NCBI GenBank assembly: GCA_934747265.1
Contig: CAKVGI010000003.1
Coordinates: 26,515 to 90,514 of the forward strand
Origin: an uncultured Rickettsiales bacterium
GTDB lineage: Bacteria; Pseudomonadota; Alphaproteobacteria; Rickettsiales; UBA1997
Length of the DNA: 64,000 nt
Direction: 5' to 3'
Shown here: positions 48,816-58,145 of the stretch, piece after piece
Position numbering within the stretch: the stretch's first letter is position 1
How the letters are laid out: each line of letters opens with the position of its first letter
Made by a program: the position numbers and the translations under genes
Notes under the pieces: generated by a model
What the model saw: the letters and a program-made list of their open reading frames with translations, nothing else
Told to the model about the DNA's origin: nothing
The model's database searches: none

Positions 48816-51800
48816 TTAAATATCACTTTTTTTAATACAATATTGACTAACTATTTCTTCATTTAAATTCACATTAGACCAGCTTACTTCTCTTCCATCG
48901 TTCATATATAAACATTGTGTTGACAATTTTTCTGTGTTTGGAGATCTTTCATAACCGTCATTACATTGCAACAACTTTTCTGTTTCTGGGCATGAAAGCC
49001 CGTTGGATTTACTTCCATCTTCACATATGCCAATATTTGTTGTAATCCAACTTGCATTATCAACAATAGATAAATCACTATCAGCACACTTTAATGATTC
49101 AAAACTACCCCGAGTAATCCAAATACCATTACCATCATTTCCTTCTGTACAAATTGCATAAACTTCATTACCGCCCTTGTATTTATATTTTCTTCCTTCA
49201 TTTAATTTAATCAATGAACCAATAGCATACCTTCTATTTGTTTCGTCATATTTTGAATTACTTTCTTCAAATGCAACATCCTTAGTTTTTTCCCTGAGGC
49301 TTTTATCACTATCAGTAATAAAACTCTCATTAGGTTCTTCTAATTTATTACTAAGTTCACATCCAGCTTTTACATTACATACTTTTTCTAAATTTTCAAC
49401 GGAACAGGATATTGGTTCACAACTACCATCAGCAGTCCATTTAAGTTCATTTTCCGTTTGATTATAATCGCAAGTATACGAAACAGTATTATTTTTACAA
49501 TCCTTGCAAGTGAAGTAAAGAGGGCATTGTTTTTCGGTTTTATATCCTAAATATGATTTATTTTTCATTGATAATTTATTATTTTTAAAACCAGAACCCT
49601 TAGCAAAATACTGATTATTTGATACATTAAAGAATGAAATGCTTCCGTTTTTACCTAATGCTTTTGTAAAACCACTACATGTTTTTAGTTCGCATGTTGA
49701 GGTAATATCACCTTTCCAATCCTTATTTTCTAAAGAACACTGTCCTGTTATTTCACCAGTATAATATTTTGAATCACATAACGACTTAATTTCTACTATC
49801 TTTCCTTGTCCAGTTGTATCGTTTATTTTATCTATTGTTAAAGAACTGGAATTTAAAATACCAACTATTTGTTTTTCTTTAATATTATAATTATTTGCAA
49901 GATTATAATTAACTATAGTTTTTTCAGGGCAAACTTCATATAATATACAAGGATTATTTATCTTTCCCCAAGTTCCATCTGGCAAACATTCTCTATATGG
50001 TCTGCCACCAGTAGTCATTCCGTTTACTTTTGTTTCAGGGGAACCGCTTCTTATAAAGACTATATTTTCTGATGATCTTTGTATACCATTTTTACCAATA
50101 ATATTTATACCTTTTGAAATAGTAGAATCGCACTCACCAATAGCGTATTGTCCAGCTAATGTTCTTCCCCATTGAGCACCACCAGTATATTTATCACCAT
50201 ATTTGGTACCGCTTTCCTCATTAACATAATAATAATCACTTCTTAGATGTGGTATTTTGTATAATGCATCTATTTGTATTTTGCCTTTACTATCAATGGA
50301 AAATTTTGTTCTAAATGGATCAATTGGCTCACAGGCTTTCTTGCATTTATTTTCAATTTCACCCCAAATACCCCATTTATCACACTGTCTTGTTGGTTTT
50401 GTAGCGCTTTGTCTATTAGATACAAAATCAAATACCCTTGGATTTCTTTCGTTGCCAGAAAAATTTGAAAATAAATCGGAGTGTTGTTTTGCAAAAGACG
50501 AATATCGTGTTTTAAAGACATTATCACTATTTTCTGCTGTTTCTACTTTATCTTCAAACAAAAATTCTGCATCTTTTGGGAAATAACCAGCCAAACTAGA
50601 ACAATTACCTTCTATTTTTATACTTTCGCCTTTTAATGGGGCAGGTGTTTCATTCCAAGTAGCACCACCAGTATGTCTCCAATATGTAAATTTATTTACT
50701 TCATTATTATTAAAATAGTTTATTCTTCCATTTTTGTCATAAGCACCATTCATTTTTAGAGGATATTCATTCAATTTTTCTTCTTCACCAATATCAGCTT
50801 CTTCCTTATTTATTGATTGAGGAGTAATATCATTATGTGTAATTTCTTTACAGAATAATCTTTCGCAATATTTTTGTGAATAATCAACGTTTATTCCATA
50901 TGTATTATTTTCTTCTCTTGCTACACCTCTTTTTCCATATAATCCAACATTAACATATCCAGAACTAGTAAGTTTATTGTGGAAAATTTGATTACTTATA
51001 TTATAAGGTTCAATTTTAAATCTTGTATAAATATCTTCAACTGGCATCCATTGCCCAATTTGATTACAATATCTAATTGGTAAATGTATTTTTGCGTCAT
51101 ATAATAATGTATTAGACATTATATCTTTTGAAACAAAATCGTCAGTACTAAGAAGCATGTTTTCTATAAAAGCGTCTTTATCAAACTCTTGGTTAATCTC
51201 ATCCCAAGCATTAAAAGCTACTGGGAAATATTTATATAATATTTTTCCAAAACCTGCTGGCGCATAACCTTGAATACAGCTTTCAGCGGTTCTTTGCTCT
51301 ATATCATCTCCATGTCCATTTTCAACTTCATCATTTCTAATTGTTTTTGACTCGATATCATATGTACCTTTCTTATAACTTCCCCAATTTGCAAAACCAT
51401 GAGACAATCCCTTACGATTTGCGGTCAAATAATCTATTTCTGAATTATTTATTTGAGATTTTTCATTATCTGTTGCATAATTTGGATCACCTTCATTTAT
51501 CATAGGGCAAGAATATCTTTCGCAACCTGTATTTTGGTATAAATTAAAATATCCTGCATAATGACAATAAGCCAAAGGTTTTATAGTTTCTATTGATGTT
51601 TTATTTTGACTATCTGTAATTTTTATAACTTTATTTTTCCAAAAACCATTGCATTCACCAGCTACCGCCATTATAGGAATATAGCCATTACCTTCACAAA
51701 TTGGTGTATCATTATCCAAAATATAATTATGACCACTGTCTTTATTATAGCAGTATAATTTTTGTGTATTATACCAATCTTGGTTATTATCAGATCTTGT

Positions 51801-54800
51801 TAAATCAAATTCTGCATGTTTTAGGTTTCCAATCCAATAAGTTCCATTAGCATCAAAACTCTTTATTTTATATTTGCCGAGTTTTGTTTGGTTAGTCCTC
51901 CATATATTGCTTTTGTATTTATTTTTAATAACATCCAGTTTTTCACCAGCACCACCATCATTATAAACTTTATTCTCGTCATAATATTTTACAGCTTGAC
52001 AAAATGGAATAGTTCTTAAATTTGCACACAATCCAAGTTCTCTTGGGGTAGCTTTTCTGATTTCTTTTCCGCTCGTATTACTACTGCTTGTATCTAATTC
52101 GCATTGACAACTAATATCAAAAGTGTTATCAGCTTTTAAGACTGTTTTGTAATAATTAAATCCTGGTAAAAAACATTCTTCTGGTAAATTTGTATAATTT
52201 TCATTATTAGCAGTACAATAAGTATATTTTACACAGCTTATACCATCGGAACAATCACAATCACTCAAACCATTGACACATTTACATTCAAAATCATTAT
52301 TGTTTGTACAGAAAGAATAAAAACCTTCCCTTCTACACTCTTTTTTAGCTTTACTTTCAGCTGTCAAAACGCATTTTCCGAGTGTATCACCAACTGACGG
52401 ATTAGCTACAACATTAGGGAAATATTCACTGAATCCACTAGATATACACATGTCATTTGTTGAGCCAACTAAATTATAATTTTTAAATGCAGTTTCAATT
52501 GTTGAAGATAATATATTTTCTTCTTTATCTTCATTTTCAATAAGATTTTCAATTAAGTCTGTACAGTAGTTTGAATAATTATTATATTTTGGCTTACCGG
52601 TTCTATATAAACGGCATAATCTCATATCACGATAATTGTTTAAAATATTTCCGTTAATATTATTATTAAATACTATGTTTAATACTAAAAAAGTACCATT
52701 ATTTAAACTATCACAATATTTTTGAGTATTATCTTCACAATTACTAATTTTTTTATTTAAATCTGCTATGTTAGCTTTTAAAACTCTTTGTTCTGTTTCA
52801 TTATTATTAATCTCTAATCCTTCTAATTCTATTTTTTTGTTGAGTTTTTCTAACTTGTTTTTTTCGTCAATTAAATCAGACCTGTATGCCATACACTCAT
52901 ACTGTAAACTGCTACATCTGCTTCTTTCAATATATATAGGATATTTTTGCGCTTCGCCATATGTATTTGGTTTTAATTTTTCGCCTGATTCCAATATTCT
53001 ACTTAAAAATTTAATTGAATTATTATCATTTAATGTAATAGGAGAATTATCAGTTTTATTAACCGATTCTTTTTTAATAAAACTAACATTTATATAAGGA
53101 CCGTCTTCCCGAGTAGATGCTTGTGGTGTTTTAATAATTATACTATCTATTGTTGGATTTTTTCTTTTTAAACACTTAACAACTTCTTCAATATCTTCCG
53201 TTTGTTTTCCACTTTTTTCTTTAATAATCCTACTTAAACAAACACTGCCAGATGGTTCTTGAACTCCATCAACTGTTTTTTTAAGCTTGTATTTTATTTT
53301 AATTTTTCTACTATTATCCTCTATTTCATTACTTACACTCATTTTATTAAAAGGAATAGTAATATCATCTGTTTGTTTTTTACCAAATCCAATACGTACC
53401 GTTGGTTCAAAAAAGTTTAGCCTTATATTATTGTCATCTTCTGTATTTTTTATATCTACAACAGCATTATTATAACTTTTAGCACTAATAATTCTCAATA
53501 AAGGTAAGAACATATTTGAAGAATTATTTAATGTAGCATATTTATAAAAGAATTTTGGTGAAGATGGTAATGGTATTGGTATACCTTGTTGTTCCTTATG
53601 AAATTTACCTTTTGCATCATAATATCCTCTACAATTTTTAAGACTTCCAACTTCACAATTAGGGTTGCCTTTGGTTGGTTGATTATTTCCTATATATTGA
53701 ACAATATCCCAAGTTATCCAGTTAGGTTTTGTGTCTTTCTCAATATTTTTGGTTGACATGCTATCGCATTTATTATCCTTATTTTTTGCATCACCGCATT
53801 TAAATATTTCATAAAGTTCTTCGCCAAAAACATCCCTATCATCTATTTTTCCATCACCATTATAGTCTATCAAATCATTACTGTCTAGCAAATTTGCATT
53901 GGTAATTCTGCCTCTATAAGTAATAATTGAAGCATTTTTACCACCTTTTTGATATGTATCCAAATATGTTGTTTCTACTTTATTACTATTGCTTTTTATT
54001 TTTCTCATATCACTACTGTTAGGGCAATTAGACCATCTATTTCTTGTGGCGCCATTAAGAGTCATACCAGAATTATCATCAATAAAGACATACATTTTAT
54101 TGTTTATTTTTTGCAGTCTAAACCTTACTTGACTGTTTTCTATTTGTTTTATACAATCGTTTTCACTGTTATTAGATAAATTGCAGTCTAATTCGCTTCT
54201 CCAAATTAACTCAACACATGTATCCTCACTGCAAGTTTGTTTAAATGCACTACAACCATTAGTATCGCAATTTGTCGCGCTAACCTTACACTCTCTTTCC
54301 CCACAACTTCCATATTCATTTCTTTTTCTTAAACATGCATTAACCCTTGCTTCTTCTAATTCTGGTTTATCTGTTTTGTATTTAAATTCAGGCTTACCTT
54401 TTATATAATAACTATCAGATCTAGGTGTTGAACATTCGCTATTATTATAAGGTTCTATTACACATAAGGCACCAGTATAACCATAAGAAGAATATGTTGT
54501 AGTTGCATTACATAAAGGAATTAAATGGGGGGCATTAAATATTTCAAAATTACCTCTTTTGGGTCCAACAAACCATACTAATCTTCTATCAATACTTGCT
54601 CTATAATATTCGCCTTCATTCCATGAACCATTATCGCTACTATCAAGAACAATTTTTCTAAAACCATATTCTTTAAAATCATTATCACTACTCATGCAAA
54701 TATTTAATCTATTTGTATTATTGATTGTTCCATTAATAATATAATGAAAATAATTTTTTCTATAATTATTTTCAGTACTTAAAAGAGGGAAAAGATGTAT

Positions 54801-56177
54801 ATCTAAATGAGTTTTATTTCTGGTCTCACTAATATAACCAGTTGTATTTGGAATATCCGAAGGCAAAGGTTTTGGAGCACCACCTCTCATTAATCTTTTA
54901 ATAACTGTGATTTTGGAATTCGATGTTTCTGGATTATTAAAAATTTTATCATAAATCTCAGAAGACAATTTTTTACCATCATTACTGTTAGATAACCAAG
55001 ATTTATCTACATTTAAAATTTCAGTTGTTGCTGGATGTGGATATGGTCTATAAAAATATGATAAAAACACATCACTTGAACCAGCTGAACCAACATATGT
55101 TTTACAAAAACCATCATCGGCATTTGCTTCTAATTGACAATCTATTGTTTGTCGGCAAGTATTGTCTTCACTACAAGTTTGAATAGCTCTATTATAACTT
55201 ATAAATGAATTTCTTAGATTATTATATTGATTTCCAAACTTTCTATCAAATCCGATATATTCATCACAATTAGTATTCAATTCTTCATCGCATGATAATA
55301 ATCTTGAAGATCTTTCCTTTTGACAATAACCTCCTATATTTTGTGTATCTAGTTGTGTACACGAATTGTATCTCTCATTAATACTTGTATTAGCATTTCC
55401 TAAAATTTTTTCCTCATATTTAGTTATATAATCATCGCTCCTTATCCGTTGATTTCCCGATTTATCTGAAAACATCCAAAAGTTAGTTTTACAAAGCGCA
55501 CTTACATTATTACTAAGTGGACACTGATGTAATAAACATTGATAGACCTGTTCATTATTTATTCCTGTTTTATCTTGTATATTTGGCACTAAATATTCCA
55601 ACTCTTCTTTTTTGAATTCATTACAGTAAACTTGTTCCGCTTCACTTAAAGCACCAGATCGTGCTGTAATTATTCTGCTATCAGATACTGGTGAATTTGA
55701 ATATTTTACTGGTTCACAAAATTTATAGTAATGATTTGAAGTTCTTTGATTATTGTATATGGCTTTTAATTCTGCGGTTGTCAAATCTAAACAACTTTTT
55801 TTATAACAATTCAGTGTTTGTTCGTTGTTTTCATTATAATCAGGTGTTGTAATATATAGTTCTCCATTTTCATCTAAATCTGAACAATATCTTTTTTTTA
55901 AGCAAGTTGGATAATCGCTTAAACCTGTATCACTCAAATTTAATGATGGATAAGTGGTCCAATCAGCACCATCTTTATTATTATCACCACAGTACGCTGG
56001 ATAATAACTCTTTCTTTCATATGCCCTAGATTGATAATCGCTCTGATACGTGTATCTTTTATTATCATTTGGATTATTATTTGTATCTGCGAACAACAAA
56101 AAAGGTACATTTGACAGAAATAAAAGCATTACAAATATTTTTATATAAAATAAACTAAACATTTTATTTCTTATCAT
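48816..56177 (-). CDS. Giant (2453-aa) secreted/surface cysteine-rich mosaic protein of unknown function
   Basis: A single uninterrupted ORF with RBS GAGGT 5 nt upstream of the ATG. Sec-type signal peptide (residues 1-30, ...FLLFA|D). Cys residues occur throughout. A DYNGDGKIDDRD calcium-loop motif lies at nt 53832-53867. A coiled-coil-like stretch lies around nt 52750-52900. Repeated C...C..GY...C...GxW...C spacing runs from about nt 51509 to the 3' end. Confidence 0.85.
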   Translation of the reverse strand: MIRNKMFSLFYIKIFVMLLFLSNVPFLLFADTNNNPNDNKRYTYQSDYQSRAYERKSYYPAYCGDNNKDGADWTTYPSLNLSDTGLSDYPTCLKKRYCSDLDENGELYITTPDYNENNEQTLNCYKKSCLDLTTAELKAIYNNQRTSNHYYKFCEPVKYSNSPVSDSRIITARSGALSEAEQVYCNEFKKEELEYLVPNIQDKTGINNEQVYQCLLHQCPLSNNVSALCKTNFWMFSDKSGNQRIRSDDYITKYEEKILGNANTSINERYNSCTQLDTQNIGGYCQKERSSRLLSCDEELNTNCDEYIGFDRKFGNQYNNLRNSFISYNRAIQTCSEDNTCRQTIDCQLEANADDGFCKTYVGSAGSSDVFLSYFYRPYPHPATTEILNVDKSWLSNSNDGKKLSSEIYDKIFNNPETSNSKITVIKRLMRGGAPKPLPSDIPNTTGYISETRNKTHLDIHLFPLLSTENNYRKNYFHYIINGTINNTNRLNICMSSDNDFKEYGFRKIVLDSSDNGSWNEGEYYRASIDRRLVWFVGPKRGNFEIFNAPHLIPLCNATTTYSSYGYTGALCVIEPYNNSECSTPRSDSYYIKGKPEFKYKTDKPELEEARVNACLRKRNEYGSCGERECKVSATNCDTNGCSAFKQTCSEDTCVELIWRSELDCNLSNNSENDCIKQIENSQVRFRLQKINNKMYVFIDDNSGMTLNGATRNRWSNCPNSSDMRKIKSNSNKVETTYLDTYQKGGKNASIITYRGRITNANLLDSNDLIDYNGDGKIDDRDVFGEELYEIFKCGDAKNKDNKCDSMSTKNIEKDTKPNWITWDIVQYIGNNQPTKGNPNCEVGSLKNCRGYYDAKGKFHKEQQGIPIPLPSSPKFFYKYATLNNSSNMFLPLLRIISAKSYNNAVVDIKNTEDDNNIRLNFFEPTVRIGFGKKQTDDITIPFNKMSVSNEIEDNSRKIKIKYKLKKTVDGVQEPSGSVCLSRIIKEKSGKQTEDIEEVVKCLKRKNPTIDSIIIKTPQASTREDGPYINVSFIKKESVNKTDNSPITLNDNNSIKFLSRILESGEKLKPNTYGEAQKYPIYIERSRCSSLQYECMAYRSDLIDEKNKLEKLNKKIELEGLEINNNETEQRVLKANIADLNKKISNCEDNTQKYCDSLNNGTFLVLNIVFNNNINGNILNNYRDMRLCRLYRTGKPKYNNYSNYCTDLIENLIENEDKEENILSSTIETAFKNYNLVGSTNDMCISSGFSEYFPNVVANPSVGDTLGKCVLTAESKAKKECRREGFYSFCTNNNDFECKCVNGLSDCDCSDGISCVKYTYCTANNENYTNLPEECFLPGFNYYKTVLKADNTFDISCQCELDTSSSNTSGKEIRKATPRELGLCANLRTIPFCQAVKYYDENKVYNDGGAGEKLDVIKNKYKSNIWRTNQTKLGKYKIKSFDANGTYWIGNLKHAEFDLTRSDNNQDWYNTQKLYCYNKDSGHNYILDNDTPICEGNGYIPIMAVAGECNGFWKNKVIKITDSQNKTSIETIKPLAYCHYAGYFNLYQNTGCERYSCPMINEGDPNYATDNEKSQINNSEIDYLTANRKGLSHGFANWGSYKKGTYDIESKTIRNDEVENGHGDDIEQRTAESCIQGYAPAGFGKILYKYFPVAFNAWDEINQEFDKDAFIENMLLSTDDFVSKDIMSNTLLYDAKIHLPIRYCNQIGQWMPVEDIYTRFKIEPYNISNQIFHNKLTSSGYVNVGLYGKRGVAREENNTYGINVDYSQKYCERLFCKEITHNDITPQSINKEEADIGEEEKLNEYPLKMNGAYDKNGRINYFNNNEVNKFTYWRHTGGATWNETPAPLKGESIKIEGNCSSLAGYFPKDAEFLFEDKVETAENSDNVFKTRYSSFAKQHSDLFSNFSGNERNPRVFDFVSNRQSATKPTRQCDKWGIWGEIENKCKKACEPIDPFRTKFSIDSKGKIQIDALYKIPHLRSDYYYVNEESGTKYGDKYTGGAQWGRTLAGQYAIGECDSTISKGINIIGKNGIQRSSENIVFIRSGSPETKVNGMTTGGRPYRECLPDGTWGKINNPCILYEVCPEKTIVNYNLANNYNIKEKQIVGILNSSSLTIDKINDTTGQGKIVEIKSLCDSKYYTGEITGQCSLENKDWKGDITSTCELKTCSGFTKALGKNGSISFFNVSNNQYFAKGSGFKNNKLSMKNKSYLGYKTEKQCPLYFTCKDCKNNTVSYTCDYNQTENELKWTADGSCEPISCSVENLEKVCNVKAGCELSNKLEEPNESFITDSDKSLREKTKDVAFEESNSKYDETNRRYAIGSLIKLNEGRKYKYKGGNEVYAICTEGNDGNGIWITRGSFESLKCADSDLSIVDNASWITTNIGICEDGSKSNGLSCPETEKLLQCNDGYERSPNTEKLSTQCLYMNDGREVSWSNVNLNEEIVSQYCIKKSDI

Positions 56178-56208
56178 ATGTACCTCAAATATTTTAAAAG
56201 AATAAATA

Positions 56209-56418
56209 TTATTCTTCTACAACTTCAATGCTATTCCATTTAATTGGTTTTCCGTTAGCATCCATTATAATATTGTTTGTTTTAGCATATTTAGCTGACA
56301 TATATATACCATCACCGGCATACAAACCAACATATTTAATTGGTTCTATTTCTTTGCCATCATACATCTTTTTACCACCAGCTGAACCTTTGTTCTTAGG
56401 GTTATTCTTTGTAGCCAT
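56209..56418 (-). CDS. Small basic hypothetical protein (69 aa) upstream of, and co-oriented with, the giant gene
   Basis: The ATG is preceded by AAGGAAA. A 31-nt gap separates it from the giant ORF. The N-terminus is K/N/G-rich and the C-terminal half looks beta-rich. I recognise no motif. Confidence 0.5.
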   Translation of the reverse strand: MATKNNPKNKGSAGGKKMYDGKEIEPIKYVGLYAGDGIYMSAKYAKTNNIIMDANGKPIKWNSIEVVEE

Positions 56419-56599
56419 TTCTTTTCCTTATATTAATAATATTAAAAATATATACACCATATAATATATCTAAAATTTATTTTTTCAAGAAAAATTAACA
56501 ACTTAAAAAATATTTTTTTATACCGTTGCTTTTTAAAATATAAGATATATACCAGTAGTGGAGACTAATTATTAATTTAATAATAAAAAAGGTAGTTAT

Positions 56600-56656
56600 T
56601 ATGACATGCGGATGTGGCTGTGGTACAAAAAAAGAAGAAAAACCAGCAGGCGGTAA
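56600..56656 (+). CDS. Mini-ORF, 18 codons: MTCGCGCGTKKEEKTSRR
   Basis: Translated by hand. ATG at 56600 is preceded by AAAAAGG (56584-56590). A TAA stop is followed 38 nt later by a strong hairpin terminator. It sits in a locally GC-richer patch of an AT-rich intergenic region. Coding status is unproven. Confidence 0.3.
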   Translation, partial: YDMRMWLWYKKRRKTSRR

Positions 56657-56694
56657 AAAAAAATAAATAATTTATTCTTTATTTATTTTCTATA

Positions 56695-56722
56695 AGTAGC
56701 TCACTAATTTTTGTGAGCTACT
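56695..56722. terminator. Hairpin terminator between the mini-ORF unit (+) and the convergent amidohydrolase gene (-)
   Basis: Perfect 10-bp stem AGTAGCTCAC / GTGAGCTACT with an 8-nt loop, followed by CTTTTGTTT on the plus strand. Confidence 0.7.
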
Positions 56723-56744
56723 CTTTTGTTTAATGCTAATGATA

Positions 56745-58082
56745 TTATAAGGAATATTTTTTGATATCATTAATTAACTCTTCTTTTAAAAGCGTTTGAT
56801 CTGGAATATTTTGTTTTAAAAAGTCTCCAAAATCACACTCAAAATCAATATAAAGTTTATTATTTTTATATAGTTTATTATCAATTATTTCATATTCAAT
56901 TATATCTTTTTCTAAATTTATAGCTTTTAATTGATTTTCAAAAAACATTTTTTCTATAATTTTATTTAAAAAAGATTTTATTTCGCTTTCGGTTATATTG
57001 TTTTTTTGTAATCCTTTTTCCAATAAAAGTTTTGTTTTGGGATTATTTTTACTTTTATTGAGTTCTTCCTCTATATTAAAGTTTTTTAAAAATGAATAGC
57101 ATTGATTTAAGTTTACAGCCGATCCAGCTAGTGTTTTATACCCGCCTTGCCCTTTTATATATAGATTATATAATTCTTTTTCTGATAATTGTTTATTTTT
57201 GATTTTTTCATTATCAGTTTTTGAAAAATCTGTCCAGAAAAAGCTTGGCAATTCATTTTCTTTTTGTTCTACTACTCCAATACTTCCGCCCATTTTGAAT
57301 AAATTGTTTGTTTTATCAACAATGCAGTTTGCTGGCGAAGCACAGTCTGAAATTATACATATTTTATCATAATAATTCAATAAAGTTGGTATAAGCTCAC
57401 CGCTTGATGTGTGTTGACCGTCGGTAATAAAACCAAAATAACCATTGAAATAATTCTCCATTAAATATGATGGTATTCCGTCTATATTATCTCTAAAATG
57501 TCCTTCAAGCATTGCATTGTGAAAATGTGTAAGCATTAAGAATTTATCATCTTCCAAAATATCTTGAATTTTTTTAAAATCCTCTTTTGTTATTTTTGTA
57601 TGCCCTGCTGAGGTAGTAATATTTAATTCTTTTTTTAGCTTTTTTATTAATTTTTTATTATCTCCAATGTTTTCTAAAAGCAATTCTGGTGCTATTGTGA
57701 TGATTATTGGTAAATTACCCAATGGTTTTAATATATTTATAATATCATTAATATTTTTTTCGTTAAAATCCTTTAAAAATTCTTTTGGATGTGTACCTTT
57801 ATTAGTAATAAAAGGACCTTCTATGTGTATACCCCATAATTTTGGTAAAATTATTGTATTATCATTTATTTTATATTTTTTTTCATTTAAGGATATTCTT
57901 TGTAGCAAAATATCAACAAATTTTCCCATTTTTTCATAACTATCAGTTATAAAAGTTGGAATTATAAAACTTTTTCCATATTTTAAATGATTTAATTCAA
58001 TCTTTAAAAATTCTTCAATATTAGTTATATCATTAAATAATAACCCAGAACCACCATTTACTTGAATATCTATTCTTTTCAT
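56745..58082 (-). CDS. nagA: NagA-like amidohydrolase (N-acetylglucosamine-6-phosphate deacetylase family) with a C-terminal extension
   Basis: 445 aa with DIQVNGGSG, GIHIEGPF, SAGHT, THFHNAM and ITDGQH, matching the NagA metal/substrate motifs in order. About 70 extra C-terminal residues have no recognisable motif. Confidence 0.65.
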   Translation of the reverse strand: MKRIDIQVNGGSGLLFNDITNIEEFLKIELNHLKYGKSFIIPTFITDSYEKMGKFVDILLQRISLNEKKYKINDNTIILPKLWGIHIEGPFITNKGTHPKEFLKDFNEKNINDIINILKPLGNLPIIITIAPELLLENIGDNKKLIKKLKKELNITTSAGHTKITKEDFKKIQDILEDDKFLMLTHFHNAMLEGHFRDNIDGIPSYLMENYFNGYFGFITDGQHTSSGELIPTLLNYYDKICIISDCASPANCIVDKTNNLFKMGGSIGVVEQKENELPSFFWTDFSKTDNEKIKNKQLSEKELYNLYIKGQGGYKTLAGSAVNLNQCYSFLKNFNIEEELNKSKNNPKTKLLLEKGLQKNNITESEIKSFLNKIIEKMFFENQLKAINLEKDIIEYEIIDNKLYKNNKLYIDFECDFGDFLKQNIPDQTLLKEELINDIKKYSL

Positions 58083-58145
58083 AATTTATAGTTTTTTCTA
58101 AAAATAAAACTATTTTATGAAAATTCAATATAAAATAGTTGATTT

